Under the pieces are notes generated by a model that saw only the letters and a program-made list of their open reading frames with translations, did not search any database and was not told the origin of the DNA. The translations under genes were made by a program, and so were the position numbers. From an uncultured cyanobacterium (GTDB lineage: Bacteria > Cyanobacteriota > Cyanobacteriia > Cyanobacteriales > Nostocaceae), in contig OY970166.1 in the NCBI GenBank assembly GCA_963706595.1, positions 3,328,001 through 3,392,000 on the forward strand: DNA of 64,000 bases, given 5' to 3'. Each line of letters opens with the position of its first letter. The stretch's first letter is position 1. This document shows positions 42,169 through 54,000 of the stretch, piece after piece.

Positions 42169-42885
42169 TTAAGCTAATTCGCTTAGTTTTAAATCCCGGA
42201 GAGCGTTGATATCGACTTTAATTGATGGCCCCATAGTTGAGGTGACATAAATTGTCCGCCAATAACGGCCTTTGGCTCCTGAAGGACGGTTGCGATCAAT
42301 CGTCTCTTGCAATGCCTTCAAGTTTACCAACAAATCTTCAGGCGAGAAAGATGCCTTACCAAACATAACATGGACAATACCTGTCCGATCAGCCCGGAAT
42401 TCTAATTTACCAGCTTTGAATTCAGCGATCGCACTGGCTACGTCAAATGTCACCGTTCCACCCTTGGGTGATGGCATCAAACCACGGGGACCGAGTAACT
42501 TACCCAGTTTCGCTACCTGTGGCATTACATCCGGTGTCGCAATCAGCTTATCGAAATCCATCATCCCTTGTTGAATTTCGTTAATCAGCTCATCAGAGCC
42601 AACTATATCAGCACCAGCATTACTAGCTTCGGTAACTTTTTCACCCCTGGCAATTACTGCCACCCGCACAATTTGTCCTGTACCTTTGGGTAGAGTTACC
42701 GTTGTCCGCAACTGTTGGTCTGTATACTTAGGGTCAATCCCTAATCTGATATGCGCTTCTGCGGCTTCAGCAAACTTAGCCGTTGCCGTTTCTTTTAGCA
42801 GATTTAAAGCGTCTAGGGGCGTATAGTCCCTATCTTCGACTTTTTCTAGCAGCCCCTGCAAGCGGCGTGATACTTTTTTGCCCAT
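42169..42885 (-). CDS. rplA: 50S ribosomal protein L1
   Basis: [15 protein letters not shown] and TSTMGPS. Confidence 0.97.
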   Translation of the reverse strand: MGKKVSRRLQGLLEKVEDRDYTPLDALNLLKETATAKFAEAAEAHIRLGIDPKYTDQQLRTTVTLPKGTGQIVRVAVIARGEKVTEASNAGADIVGSDELINEIQQGMMDFDKLIATPDVMPQVAKLGKLLGPRGLMPSPKGGTVTFDVASAIAEFKAGKLEFRADRTGIVHVMFGKASFSPEDLLVNLKALQETIDRNRPSGAKGRYWRTIYVTSTMGPSIKVDINALRDLKLSELA

Positions 42886-43013
42886 TTTTTTCTCCTGGGG
42901 TAATTACGAGAATTTACCTCTCCCCCGAATAATTTTTTTCTTTTGTCCTTTGCCAGTTGTATTTTTATCTACAAATGACTAATGACCAATGACCAATGAC
43001 CAATGACTAATGG

Positions 43014-43441
43014 CTAATCCGAGATGGTTACGCCCATATTTTTGGCAGTACCTGCCACAATCTTCATCGCCGCTTCGATATCATTGGCGTTGAGATCAGG
43101 CATTTTGGTTTGGGCAATTTCTTGCAATTGAGCTTTTGTAATTGATCCAACTTTATTTTTGTTGGGTTCACTAGAGCCTCTTTCGATTTTCGCTGCCTTG
43201 CGAATCAGGTACCTGATGCTGGTGGTGTCTTGAGTACAAATGTAAAACTCCGGTCTTCAAATACCGAAATTTCTACAGGGATTACCATTCCAGCTTGGTC
43301 TGCTGTTTTGGCATTGTACTCTTTGCAGAACATCATAATGTTCACACCATGTTGACCCAATGCGGGTCCCACTGGTGGTGCTGGGTTGGCTTTTCCAGCA
43401 TTCAGGGCCAGTTTAATGACCGCTACTACTTTCTTCGCCAT
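43014..43441 (-). pseudogene. rplK: 50S ribosomal protein L11 with two extra bases near 43208-43213 (likely sequencing error)
   Basis: [17 protein letters not shown] then [19 protein letters not shown] in another frame; span 428 nt = 426 + 2. Confidence 0.93.
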
Positions 43442-43447
43442 TTTGTG

Positions 43448-44080
43448 TTAACTCTGTTTTTCTACCTGATTAAATTCCAATTCTACTGGTGTATCTCGTC
43501 CAAAAATCGAAAGCAAGGCTTTTAATTTGCTTCGCTCTGGACTGACTTCAATCACCTCGCCTTCAAAGTCTTTAAAAGGACCTGAAAGCACAACTATCTT
43601 ATCACCAGCAGCCATGTCAATTTTGACAATTGGCTCCTGTTCGCTAGTCTGTTTGAAGATCCGTTCTACTTCTGATGGACCTAAAGGTACTGGTTTTACG
43701 TGACCTCGGCTTTTGCTACCGCCACGTTTTTGTTCCGCTCCCACGAAATTAATTACATGGGAGGTGTTTCGCACCACTTGCCAAGTGTCATCTTCCATCA
43801 CCATTCGTACTAGCACATAACCAGGAAAAACTTTTTCCTCTGTTTGCTGACGACTGCCATCTTTGCGAATTTTCACTGCTGGCGTGTGGGGGATTTCCAC
43901 TTGCACAATTTTGTCGGATACATCAAAGGTTTGGATACGCTGCTCCAAGTTTGTCTTGACGCGTTTTTCACAGCCTGAAGCTACTTGGACTGCATACCAG
44001 CGTACTTCATTGAGGGCTGTTTCTGCTCCTTCTTCAGAATGCAAAGCTGAGTTATATGGTTCGTCTGTTGCAGAAGTCAT
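43448..44080 (-). CDS. nusG: Transcription factor NusG
   Basis: WYAVQVASGCEK, FPGYVLV and KOW GPFKDFEG..IFGRDTPVEL. Confidence 0.96.
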   Translation of the reverse strand: MTSATDEPYNSALHSEEGAETALNEVRWYAVQVASGCEKRVKTNLEQRIQTFDVSDKIVQVEIPHTPAVKIRKDGSRQQTEEKVFPGYVLVRMVMEDDTWQVVRNTSHVINFVGAEQKRGGSKSRGHVKPVPLGPSEVERIFKQTSEQEPIVKIDMAAGDKIVVLSGPFKDFEGEVIEVSPERSKLKALLSIFGRDTPVELEFNQVEKQS

Positions 44081-44301
44081 CAGAATACCTGTTGTGCTAC
44101 CCAACCGAACAATCCATCGACCAAATATATCAAAGATGCGGAGAGTGTCACCATTAGCAGCACACCTGCTGATTCGCTCACTAGCTGCTTTCGACTTGGC
44201 CAAACCACTTTTTCCAGTTCTTCTTTCGTCCCCTGAAAGAAGTTGCCTAAACTGAATCCATTGGTGTTTGCTGGCATTTCTGCTTCATTTTTTTTGGCCA
44301 C
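44080..44301 (-). CDS. secE: Preprotein translocase SecE
   Basis: EELEKVVWPSRKQL plus TM segment. Confidence 0.95.
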   Translation of the reverse strand: MAKKNEAEMPANTNGFSLGNFFQGTKEELEKVVWPSRKQLVSESAGVLLMVTLSASLIYLVDGLFGWVAQQVF

Positions 44302-44491
44302 TGTCGTTTCCCCCTTTCTTAAATAAAGCTATACCCTGCTAATTTTCATTCAGGCTCACAGCTTTAATGGCATCATACTTAATGAAAGCAAAAAAGCTGT
44401 AAATGCAAAATATTCACACCCGAAAGCACCAGGGATATCTGCTATGTTAGCAGGCGTGCTGTTGTTTCGGGATAGGTTTTTTGCTTTTAAG

Positions 44492-44564
44492 CGCGCCCTG
44501 GAGGACTTGAACCCCCGACATCAGGTTTTGGAGACCTGCGTTCTACCAACTGAACTAAGAGCGC
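44492..44564 (-). tRNA. trnW: tRNA-Trp (CCA)
   Basis: GCGCTCTTAGTTCAGTTGGTAGAACGCAGGTCTCCAAAACCTG..GGTTCAAGTCC cloverleaf upstream of secE. Confidence 0.96.
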
Positions 44565-44713
44565 ACGAAGTGCGTTGGATTCAGTTATTTATTCTGAACC
44601 TTTTTTAGTATAACGCATTTCGAGTCTTATTTCAAGTTATTTTTGTCGGGGTCACAAATCAGGGGCAAGTTCAGGTTGCTAGTAGAAATTTCTCCCATAC
44701 TTTGAACCGAAAT

Positions 44714-45076
44714 TTACAAGGCGCGGTCAAACCGTTGCTTGATCCGGGTGGCTTTACCTACACGTCCGCGTAAATAATAGAGTTTAGCACGTCGGACTTT
44801 ACCTCGACGCAGGATTTTAATGTTGTCGATGCGGGGAGAATGCAGCAAAAATACCCGCTCAACACCAATGCCTTGAAACACGCGGCGGACTGTAATAGTT
44901 TCGTTAATGCCACCATTACGTTTGGCAATCACTACGCCTTCGTAGGGTTGGATGCGAAACTTTTCTCCTTCTTTAATCTTGACCCCGACTTTTACGGTGT
45001 CGCCCACATAGATGATGGGCAGATCCGATTTTAGTTGTTCCGCTTCAATGGAGCGGATAATCTCTTGAGCGCTCAT
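44714..45076 (-). CDS. rplS: 50S ribosomal protein L19
   Basis: [21 protein letters not shown]. Confidence 0.97.
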   Translation of the reverse strand: MSAQEIIRSIEAEQLKSDLPIIYVGDTVKVGVKIKEGEKFRIQPYEGVVIAKRNGGINETITVRRVFQGIGVERVFLLHSPRIDNIKILRRGKVRRAKLYYLRGRVGKATRIKQRFDRAL

Positions 45077-45231
45077 AGTCTTTCTACTTTAAAAACTCAC
45101 AATCACTAATGATAAATCGATAATCCTATTTCAGTCTACTTATTTAAAGCAAAAGATCAATAATTTTACTGATTCCAATGACCTGCACACAAAAGCTATA
45201 TTACAGTAATCTGGGCTACAGGCATCGGATT

Positions 45232-46176
45232 ATGAGATTTAGCATCGTGATTACTACTTACAATCGCTTAAATTGGCTAAAGCGAGCTATTCACTCGGCT
45301 CTTAACCAGACAGTACCTTGTGAAGTAGTTGTTGCCGATGACTGTTCATCTGATGAAACTGAAGAATACATCAAAAGCTTAGGTAATTCTGTTGTTTATC
45401 ATCGCAATGGGGTTAACAAAGGTCACTCGGCTACGGTAAATGCTGGGGTGCAACAAGCAACCGGCGAATGGATTAAGTTTTTGGATGATGATGACTATTT
45501 GGCTCCCAATTGTATAGCAGAAATGACTAGAGCGATCGCTTTATGTCCTGGTGCTGTGATCTGTTCCTGTATAGCGGCTCAGGTGGATAGCCATGAAACT
45601 GAACTCAGTCGTACCCCGAAAATTGGACCTGGTTTAGCTTTTTATATCCCACAAGCTGATATTCACTACGGTATGTTGCTAGAACTTGTACCCTTTGGTA
45701 CGCCTGTTCAGGTAGCTTGCAGCCGCGATGCTTTCTGGAAAACTTATGGTTGGGACTCCCAACTCGATGCTAACTGTGATGACATTGATTCTTGGATTCG
45801 TATCGCTCAGTTTGGTCATGCGGTTTTCCTCAATCAGTGTTTGGCTTACCGGACTATTTGGACTGGTGCTTACAATCACAAGTTTTCCTTGTCTCGGCGG
45901 CTAAATACAAATATTTTAATTAAAGAGAAAATTTACGCGTTAGTTAATATCAAACACCACTCTCATATCCCGACGCTTCAAAATATAAAAAATTACCTAA
46001 AACTACATTGGATTTTAGCGGCTCTCAAGCAAAGGAACTGCCAAAACTTGCTGTTGATGTTAGATAAAACCGTGTTTTGCCCTAGTGCTTGGCAAATTCT
46101 GTTAACAGCTATTTTATCGCGGCACTTTCATTTCTACAATTCTCATTTACGTAAATTCATTTTGATTAAATCCTAA
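45232..46176 (+). CDS. Glycosyltransferase family 2
   Basis: SIVITTYNR, VADDCSSD and FLDDDD motifs. Confidence 0.9.
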   Translation: MRFSIVITTYNRLNWLKRAIHSALNQTVPCEVVVADDCSSDETEEYIKSLGNSVVYHRNGVNKGHSATVNAGVQQATGEWIKFLDDDDYLAPNCIAEMTRAIALCPGAVICSCIAAQVDSHETELSRTPKIGPGLAFYIPQADIHYGMLLELVPFGTPVQVACSRDAFWKTYGWDSQLDANCDDIDSWIRIAQFGHAVFLNQCLAYRTIWTGAYNHKFSLSRRLNTNILIKEKIYALVNIKHHSHIPTLQNIKNYLKLHWILAALKQRNCQNLLLMLDKTVFCPSAWQILLTAILSRHFHFYNSHLRKFILIKS

Positions 46177-46265
46177 TTATTACATAAGTTCGTGAGCAAA
46201 ACTTCGGCGTAAGCGCTCAATGGAAGCATACCCACAACACCATAAATTTTGGGATATATATTTTT

Positions 46266-48383
46266 TTAAATATGAGATATTTTTAACTTAGTTTCCTGTT
46301 TTAAAGGAATTTCAATCACAAATTGTGTACCCTGGCCTGAAGATGAAATACAGTAAAATCTACCACCGTGATTTTTGGTAATAATCTGGTAGCTAATAGA
46401 CATACCCATTCCTGTTCCTTTACCAATTGGTTTGGTGGTGAAGAAAGGGTTAAAAATTAGTTGTTTAATTTTTTCGGGTATACCCATGCCATTGTCGCTA
46501 ATTTTAATCATAATTTTATCCTCGTTGAGCATTTGTGTGGAAATCCGAATGATGCTAGGAGATTCCTCTATTTTCTCCTGCAAACGTTTTTTGTCTCGTT
46601 CTTCTAAGACATCTATGGCATTAGTTAAAATGTTGATAAATACCTGATTTAATTGACCAGCGTAGCACTCTACCAGTGGTAAATCACCATATTCTTTGAT
46701 AACTTGAATGGCGGGATATCCTGGTTGACCTTTGAGACGACTTTTTAAAATTAGCAAAGAGCTATCAATTCCTTCGTGGATATCAACTGCTTTATATTCA
46801 GCTTCATCTAATCGGGAAAAATTTCTTAGTGAAAGCACAATTTGGCGAATGCGTTCGGCTCCCATTTTCATTGAGGACAGCAATTTAGGTAAATCTTGCA
46901 TCAAAAATTCTATGTCTATTACCTTATTTGCTGCCTGAATAATCGCTACAGGTTGGGGATAATATTCGTGATATAAGCTAATGAGTTTCAGTAAATCTTG
47001 AATATAGTCATTGGCTGGCGTAATATTGCCATAGATAAAATTAACTGGGTTGTTAATTTCGTGGGCTACACCTGCTACTAACTGACCAAGAGAAGACATT
47101 TTTGCACTCTGGATCATTTGAGTTTGAGTACGTTGTAATTCCTCTAGTGCCTTTTCGAGTGTTTGGGTTTGTTGGCGGAGTTGAACTTCTGATTGGCGCA
47201 AAGCTTTTTCAGCAGTTTTGCGATCGCTAATATTACTCATTGTCCCAGCTATGCAGCTAGTTCCTGTGATCTTATTCACTAAAAATTTGCCCCGATCTTC
47301 TACATAGATATAGGAACCATCTTTTTTCTGTAGACGATATTCCATTTGATACTGGCTTTTACTTTGGATTACAGATGCCCATACAAACGTAACCCTTGGG
47401 CGATCTTCATGTTGAATATGTGCTTGCCAAGTAGCTAGGTCAAATTGTTGCCATTCATCAACAGAGTATCCCGTAATTTCCTCAATTGCTCCTGCCCAAT
47501 GAATGTGACTTTGGGCAAGTTCATAAACATAAATCAATTGTCCAGTTTGCTCAACGACTAAACGAAACTGATTTTTGCTGACAGCTAAAGCTGCTTCTAC
47601 AGATTTGCGATCGCTTGATTCAATTACTAGGCGGACAAATTCAGTAATCGAGCTGATAAAGTTTTCTTCTTCTAAAGTCCACTGACGCAGACTACCCAAA
47701 TGTTCACAACATACTACACCAATCACCTTTCCTCTAGACCAAATCCTGACATCCAGCATTGAGGTAATGCCTAGCGGAATTGTATAAGTTGCAGAAAATT
47801 CTGAAGTGCGAGGATCTTGATGAACATCAACAACTGCTAGAATTTGTTCTTCTTTCAAAGCTTGAAAATAGCTAGGATAGTCACAGACGAACAATTCCGA
47901 ACCAGAACTGTGAGCATTACTAGAACGTTCATATAAATCAGCACATTGAATTTTGCTATAATCTTTACTGTATAACCAAACACTTACACGGTCTATATCT
48001 AGACCAAGACTAGCCACTTTTGTGACATATTTTATAGCAGTGGGAAAATCATCGTATTGTAGTGACTCACTTTGCACAAGTAACTGTAGAGCAGTGTTGT
48101 GTCTGCGAAAGCTTTGTTCAGTTTGCTGCTTTAATGCTTCAGCTTTCTTGTATTCATTAATCTCTTGTTGTAAATGATTGATTGTTTGATTTAACGGTGC
48201 GGTTCGTGCTTGTATTTCTTGCTCTACTTTTCCACTGATTTCCTGCAAAAGAATTTCTAATTGTTGCTCTTTATTTACATAATTAACGGTATTTTTTACC
48301 AGAATACTCCGCAGAGACATTTTAAAATCTGGTGGTAAATTTTCTTGATTGTTAGAAGTAGAAACCTGGTTTAAAAATTCCAT
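46266..48383 (-). CDS. GAF-PAS sensor histidine kinase
   Basis: GAF and PAS segments; H-box AHEINNP; NAID, DNGMG, FTTK and GTGMG boxes. Confidence 0.92.
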   Translation of the reverse strand: MEFLNQVSTSNNQENLPPDFKMSLRSILVKNTVNYVNKEQQLEILLQEISGKVEQEIQARTAPLNQTINHLQQEINEYKKAEALKQQTEQSFRRHNTALQLLVQSESLQYDDFPTAIKYVTKVASLGLDIDRVSVWLYSKDYSKIQCADLYERSSNAHSSGSELFVCDYPSYFQALKEEQILAVVDVHQDPRTSEFSATYTIPLGITSMLDVRIWSRGKVIGVVCCEHLGSLRQWTLEEENFISSITEFVRLVIESSDRKSVEAALAVSKNQFRLVVEQTGQLIYVYELAQSHIHWAGAIEEITGYSVDEWQQFDLATWQAHIQHEDRPRVTFVWASVIQSKSQYQMEYRLQKKDGSYIYVEDRGKFLVNKITGTSCIAGTMSNISDRKTAEKALRQSEVQLRQQTQTLEKALEELQRTQTQMIQSAKMSSLGQLVAGVAHEINNPVNFIYGNITPANDYIQDLLKLISLYHEYYPQPVAIIQAANKVIDIEFLMQDLPKLLSSMKMGAERIRQIVLSLRNFSRLDEAEYKAVDIHEGIDSSLLILKSRLKGQPGYPAIQVIKEYGDLPLVECYAGQLNQVFINILTNAIDVLEERDKKRLQEKIEESPSIIRISTQMLNEDKIMIKISDNGMGIPEKIKQLIFNPFFTTKPIGKGTGMGMSISYQIITKNHGGRFYCISSSGQGTQFVIEIPLKQETKLKISHI

Positions 48384-48549
48384 CTTCCTTTATCCTGCAA
48401 GGTATTAAATTTATATATTTCCGGCATATTCTCTCAAACTTTTGCCATGGGTAAATCTAAAAAAAATATATGCATAATACTGGCATGAAAATAATGTAGT
48501 CTGATTGTTCAGCAGTGGCAATCAAAAGAGCAACCGCGTTGAGGTTTTA

Positions 48550-48675
48550 TATCATGTTCGCCTAATTAGTTCTAATTCCCATCTCTGTGCAAAAAACGTA
48601 AATCCTCTTTCCCCCCTGCTCCCTGCTCCCTGCTCCCCTGCGGCCTTAATGATAAGTCTTTCACAGAACACGATA
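48550..48675. mobile_element. MITE, copy 2 (same family as 20365-20515)
   Basis: Same TIRs as copy 1; TTA duplication. Confidence 0.75.
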
Positions 48676-48887
48676 TTAGCGGGGTTTTCAGGATTTTGCT
48701 GAATCCATAGAGCTACAATGCAGAGATTAGTTTGGTTGAAACATATTATAAGGGTGCAAAACCTTACACCCCTAAGAAAGTTTTCTATTCTACACAATTA
48801 CAAAGAGCTATAGGCTAGTCACATCTCCTACACTGAATCGAAACTGTGTTTTCGCGTAGAGCAACGGACTATCCTAGATTATCGTTG

Positions 48888-51800
48888 TTAATCGAACTTT
48901 TTCTTCCATCCACCCATACGGATTAAAATTGGCTTCGCCCAACGCCAATGTAATAAATCGTGCAGCATAGTATAAAAACAGGGAATGATAAACAGCGTCA
49001 GCAATGTGGCTAAAGATAAACCCGAAAATACTACCACACCCAATGGTTGCAGGAATTCTGAACCTTCACCAATTCCCAAAGCCAGGGGAAACATACCTAG
49101 AACTGTAGTAATGGTGGTCATCAATATTGGACGTAAGCGTTGAGGAGCAGCTTGCAAAATGGCAGTTTTTCGATTAACTTTGTCTCGTTCACGAATTTGA
49201 TTTGCTAGTTCTACCATAATGATGGCATTGTTGACTACAATACCCACCAATAAAACTGCTCCGACGATGACAGTCGCACCAATGGCGGTATTGGTAATGT
49301 AAAGCCCAAAAATTCCGCCAGCTATTGCCAGAGGAATGGTCAACATAATTACCAAGGGGTCAATGAGTGAATTGTACTGCACTGCCATGACTACGAAAAC
49401 GAGAAAGCTTGCTAATCCACCTAATAGTTTCAGGGAGTTTTGCAGTTCCTGATTAGATGCAGCGGCCGAACTGGGTAACACACTCACACCTTCAGGTAAA
49501 TTTAAACTAGCTAATATGGCATCTACCTCGGTAAAAGCATCACTGAGGTTAGCTCCTTCAATCAAATTACCTGCAAATATGACTACCTGACGCTGATTAA
49601 TTCTCTGAATTTCCCCAGGCGCTTGTCCTGGAGTAATTGTCGCCACATCGCTCAGGCGGACTTGGCGATTATTGTCAACGAACAAAGGTAATCTCTCTAA
49701 TTGAGAAACCTCTTGCAGTGATGATTGATTCAACTGCACTCTGACATCGACTAAACGGTTACTACGTTGTAGTCGGGTGGGTACACTACCTTGGATAGCG
49801 GTTTGAATTGTTTCGCCAATATCTTGAGTAGTTAAGCCAAAATTGGCTACTCTGTCCCAGTCAGGAATGATTTGGAGTTCGGGTTGACGGTCATCAGCAT
49901 CAGGACGGAATCTGACTAAGGTGGCGCGGTCTTCTAAGGCTGTGAGGACTTCTCGACCAGCTTGTTCTAAGTTTTGTGTATCGTTACCCTGAAGGATGAT
50001 ATCAACATCAGCACCACGGGCTGGAGAGTTACTGAGAATTAAACCCCGCACTTCGCCAGGAGAAAGGCGCAGGCGAATTCCCACTAAATTTAGCTGATTA
50101 AACTCTTGGGTGACTCGTTCTACGTAAGCTTCGGTATCAGTCCCTGGTTTGAGGGTAATAGTGCTACTACCTCTGAGAGGATTAGCATTGACATTTGTGC
50201 CGAAAAGTGAGCCGCCTGCTGTGGTGAAGACATATTCTGTTTCGGGTTGCTTGAGGAGGATGTCATCTACCATCGCCATGACTTTGCGGTTGGTTTCTAG
50301 GGGCGTACCAGGAGGAAACTGAGCATTTAATCGAGCTTGTCCTGTGCTAATTCGCGGCAGGATTTCTTGGGGAATTTGCGGAGCTATCCATAAACTACCA
50401 CCACCGAATATGATCAGAGCGATCGCCACTGTTAAAAATCGCCAGCGTAATATATCAGTCAAAAACCGCCTATACCTGTTTGTCGCGGTCTCAAAGCGCC
50501 GGTTAAATTCTTGTAGCAGCCAAAACTTACTCAACCCACTAGAAAACTTCCATGCCAAGGTGCGGGAAGTGAGCATAGGTATAATTGTCACCGCAATCAA
50601 AATGGAAGCGGCGACGGAAAAGCTGATAGTGAGAATTAACTCATTAAACAGCAGTGAAATAAAGCCCCCAATCAGCAAAAATGGCATCACCGCCACTAAG
50701 TTGGTACTCGTAGAAGCAATTAAGGCTGATTCTACTTCCCGACTACTTTGTTCCGCTTGTTGAATTAGTTGTTGGGAATTGAGGCGAGTTTTAGTATCTT
50801 TACCGGGAGTCATCCCTGCACCCTCGGCGATGTTCTCCAACATGACGATAGAGTTATCTACGACAATACCCACACCTAAAGCTAAACCACCCAAACTGAA
50901 GACGTTTAGGGATAAGCCAAAGATTCCCATTAAAATGATGGCGGCTAAACTGGCTAAAGGAATAGCAATGACAATAATAAAAGTTTGTCGCAGGGAACCC
51001 AGGAAGAGTAAAACCGCAAACGCAGCTAGTCCCGTACCAATTAACCCGGAAGTGACAACATTAGAAATGGAATTGCGGATAAACTTTGACTCATCCAAGG
51101 TAGCTGTAAGTATTGTTCCTTCAGGAACTACACCCGATGATTGGAGTTCTGCTAAACGTTTTTTTACACCATCAACAACATTAACTGTATTAGCATCTGG
51201 CTGCTTTTGAATGCTGATTTTAACAGATGCTTCCCCGTTAAGTAAAACGTAGATGCGCTGTTGTTCAGAACCATCAATAACTTCGGCAAAATCTCGCAAA
51301 TAAACGCGGCGATTCAAAATTGGGGGCGAGGTATTGGCATCAGGGTCAGAATTGACCTCAAAAGACAAATTTTTAATTTCATCTGCACTTTGGAAACGTC
51401 CCACAGTCCGAGTTAATGGCTCATAATTTTGTCCTAACAGCCGACCACCAGAAACATCTTGATTGCGGTCTCTAAGTTCATCCAAAACATCAGTCAAACC
51501 CACACCCAAGGCTTGCAAACGATCCAAATCTAGATTGACTCTAACTTCTTCTTTGACTCCTCCTGATACGTCTACCGATGCGACTCCAGGGACAACGCCG
51601 AGTTCGCGAACTAGTTCTTCTTCAGCAAAAACCCGCAAATCCAGGCTATCTAAGGAGGGCGAAGTTAAGGCAAATTCGTAAACTGGTAACTGGGAAGGAT
51701 CAAATTTGAATAAGCGTGGTGTTTCAATAGTATCTGGTAATCTGCCTCTAGCTCGATTAAAGGAAGCTGTAGCATCGTTTAAGGCTTGGTCAATATCGCC

Positions 51801-52121
51801 CCCTGGTTGAAAGTACAAATCCAAACTGACCTGTCCTTCACGAGTTTGGGAAAAAATCTGTAGCACACCTTCAGTGGCTGAAAAGGCTGATTCTAAAGGT
51901 CTTGTGACTTCATCAATTGCTACCTCTGGAGAAATTCCTGGTGCGGCTATTCGCACACCAATTCGGGGGTAGGTAATTGATGGGAGTAAATCTACAGGTA
52001 TTTTGATGATAAAAAATACACCCATTACCACTACTGCTAAAGCCAGCATGAGTGTGCCGATATGTCGGCGGATGGAAATAGTACTAATACTAAATCCGCC
52101 GCCCTTCTGTACTTCCTGCAT
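48888..52121 (-). CDS. RND efflux permease (AcrB/CzcA family)
   Basis: 1077 aa; GIVVDNSIVMLENI and RLRPILMTT motifs. Confidence 0.94.
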   Translation of the reverse strand: MQEVQKGGGFSISTISIRRHIGTLMLALAVVVMGVFFIIKIPVDLLPSITYPRIGVRIAAPGISPEVAIDEVTRPLESAFSATEGVLQIFSQTREGQVSLDLYFQPGGDIDQALNDATASFNRARGRLPDTIETPRLFKFDPSQLPVYEFALTSPSLDSLDLRVFAEEELVRELGVVPGVASVDVSGGVKEEVRVNLDLDRLQALGVGLTDVLDELRDRNQDVSGGRLLGQNYEPLTRTVGRFQSADEIKNLSFEVNSDPDANTSPPILNRRVYLRDFAEVIDGSEQQRIYVLLNGEASVKISIQKQPDANTVNVVDGVKKRLAELQSSGVVPEGTILTATLDESKFIRNSISNVVTSGLIGTGLAAFAVLLFLGSLRQTFIIVIAIPLASLAAIILMGIFGLSLNVFSLGGLALGVGIVVDNSIVMLENIAEGAGMTPGKDTKTRLNSQQLIQQAEQSSREVESALIASTSTNLVAVMPFLLIGGFISLLFNELILTISFSVAASILIAVTIIPMLTSRTLAWKFSSGLSKFWLLQEFNRRFETATNRYRRFLTDILRWRFLTVAIALIIFGGGSLWIAPQIPQEILPRISTGQARLNAQFPPGTPLETNRKVMAMVDDILLKQPETEYVFTTAGGSLFGTNVNANPLRGSSTITLKPGTDTEAYVERVTQEFNQLNLVGIRLRLSPGEVRGLILSNSPARGADVDIILQGNDTQNLEQAGREVLTALEDRATLVRFRPDADDRQPELQIIPDWDRVANFGLTTQDIGETIQTAIQGSVPTRLQRSNRLVDVRVQLNQSSLQEVSQLERLPLFVDNNRQVRLSDVATITPGQAPGEIQRINQRQVVIFAGNLIEGANLSDAFTEVDAILASLNLPEGVSVLPSSAAASNQELQNSLKLLGGLASFLVFVVMAVQYNSLIDPLVIMLTIPLAIAGGIFGLYITNTAIGATVIVGAVLLVGIVVNNAIIMVELANQIRERDKVNRKTAILQAAPQRLRPILMTTITTVLGMFPLALGIGEGSEFLQPLGVVVFSGLSLATLLTLFIIPCFYTMLHDLLHWRWAKPILIRMGGWKKKFD

Positions 52122-52180
52122 CTATTGCTAATCTCCAATAAAAGGGCTAAATAAACGCCTCAAAAAGTGATTTTTAAGTT

Positions 52181-53629
52181 TTACTTTGCTGTTTCTGACA
52201 AAACTGAAAGAACTACAACGTCACCCTCTTTTAAAGGTCTACCACTACGAGCAACATAGGTTTCCCCGGCTTGCAAGCCAGATAAAATTTCTACGTTGCC
52301 ATCAGCTTTTTTCCCTAAAGTTACAGCACGGGTGGTTACTTTGGTTTTACCTTCTCTGTCTGTAATTACGAAGACTTTACCATTGCGGTCTTCTGACTCG
52401 CTCTGATCTTTTGTAGAGTCAGCAGAATTATTATTTTTTGCTTGTTTTTGAATCGCGGCTTGGGACACCACTACTTGCTGTGATGTCTGGGATTCAAATT
52501 TGACTCTTGCTAAAAGTCCACTGCTAATTTTGTTTTCGCTATTGGGAATTACTACTTCTACTGGGATTAAACGCGCTGTAGCATCGGCTACTGGAGAGAT
52601 GCGTGTAACTCTGCCAATTAATGATTCATTGGGGAAAGCATCTAAGCTGACTTGCACAGATTGTCCGACTTGAATTTGCGACAGTTCTAATTCGGAAACT
52701 TGCACTACGACTTTGATACGGCTAAAGTCGGCAATCTGCAAGACTTCATTTCCTGGTTGGAGAAGATTACCTGGTTCTGTGACTCTTTGGGTAATTACAC
52801 CAGTGATGGGGGAGATTAAACGCGCGTAGGATCGGCGTTCTTTCAACTGAGCAACTACGGCTTGTTGAGCTATGACTCTGCCTTGGGCGGCGGCGACGGC
52901 TTGCTGTTCTGTACGCACGCTGTCTTCGGATGCTCGTAGTGATTGGGCTGCTGTTTTTGCTTGAGTGCGGGCTTGTTCGGCGGTTTGTTGCGCGATCGCA
53001 CCGGCTTGGAACAGTTCCTGTTGTCGTTTAGAATCTGCCTGTGCCTGCACTAATTCTAATCGCGCTCTTTCCACTTCTGCACGGGCATTACTGACCTGAG
53101 TTTTTGCCCTGGCGACTTCTGAACCCAAGGCTGCTAGTTCGGCTTCTGATTGTTTTAATGATGTTAACAGGATGGCATCATCTAACAGTCCGACGTTCTG
53201 CCCCTGGTTAACTTTATCACCTACATCTAAGTTCAAAGCCAATAGTCTGGCTTCTACTTGCGATCGCAATGAAACAGTCCGAAATGGCGTAGTATTCCCT
53301 GTATAAATTGGTTGTACCCGCAATACGCCAGTGCGAGCGATCGCCACATCTACAGGTATGGCATTGTTACCGCGCCTTCCCTCACCACCTTGCTGAGATT
53401 GCGCTTTCGCAGACTCCTTTGGCATCGACCCACAACTTGCCGTCAACAGTCCCATACCTAGCAAAGAAGTAATAAATAAGATAGATAGAGGTAAAGGACG
53501 ATGCCCTGCTTTTGCTCTATCTCTGGTTTCAAAAATTGAATGCAATTGGGGATTAATTACCTGGTTTATGGAGCCGTTATCAGTTGGCAATTTTGCCTGT
53601 TTCTTAGGCATTTTTTTCTCCAAAATCAT
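52181..53629 (-). CDS. RND efflux periplasmic adaptor; start uncertain
   Basis: Lipobox-like LTASC, coiled hairpin and SPITGVI motif; upstream of the permease. Confidence 0.88.
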   Translation of the reverse strand: MILEKKMPKKQAKLPTDNGSINQVINPQLHSIFETRDRAKAGHRPLPLSILFITSLLGMGLLTASCGSMPKESAKAQSQQGGEGRRGNNAIPVDVAIARTGVLRVQPIYTGNTTPFRTVSLRSQVEARLLALNLDVGDKVNQGQNVGLLDDAILLTSLKQSEAELAALGSEVARAKTQVSNARAEVERARLELVQAQADSKRQQELFQAGAIAQQTAEQARTQAKTAAQSLRASEDSVRTEQQAVAAAQGRVIAQQAVVAQLKERRSYARLISPITGVITQRVTEPGNLLQPGNEVLQIADFSRIKVVVQVSELELSQIQVGQSVQVSLDAFPNESLIGRVTRISPVADATARLIPVEVVIPNSENKISSGLLARVKFESQTSQQVVVSQAAIQKQAKNNNSADSTKDQSESEDRNGKVFVITDREGKTKVTTRAVTLGKKADGNVEILSGLQAGETYVARSGRPLKEGDVVVLSVLSETAK

Positions 53630-54000
53630 GTATCTTGCTCCTAAAATGGAGTTTTTCACGGTAACTGCCTGTATATTTTCAAGTAATTTCAGAAGGATAT
53701 TACTAACTTGTCAGAAGGGTGAATATATAAGCGATCTGACAGCTTTTTTGGCTTGAGTGTTTCGTTTCACGCACTAAAATATTTACCATTATGCTGCCTA
53801 GTAAAAGTCAATATTTTTTAGCCCCTGAGAAAATGATGATTTTAGGAGAAATATTTGGACATTATTTGCTTGTTGCTCCAAAATGGATCAATTTTAAATA
53901 GTCATTTCCAGGAGTTTTTTTAATCTCAGACTGTATTTCGAGATCACCGAATTATTATACTTAATTTTACATAAATATACATAATGTTGCAAATCAAGTA

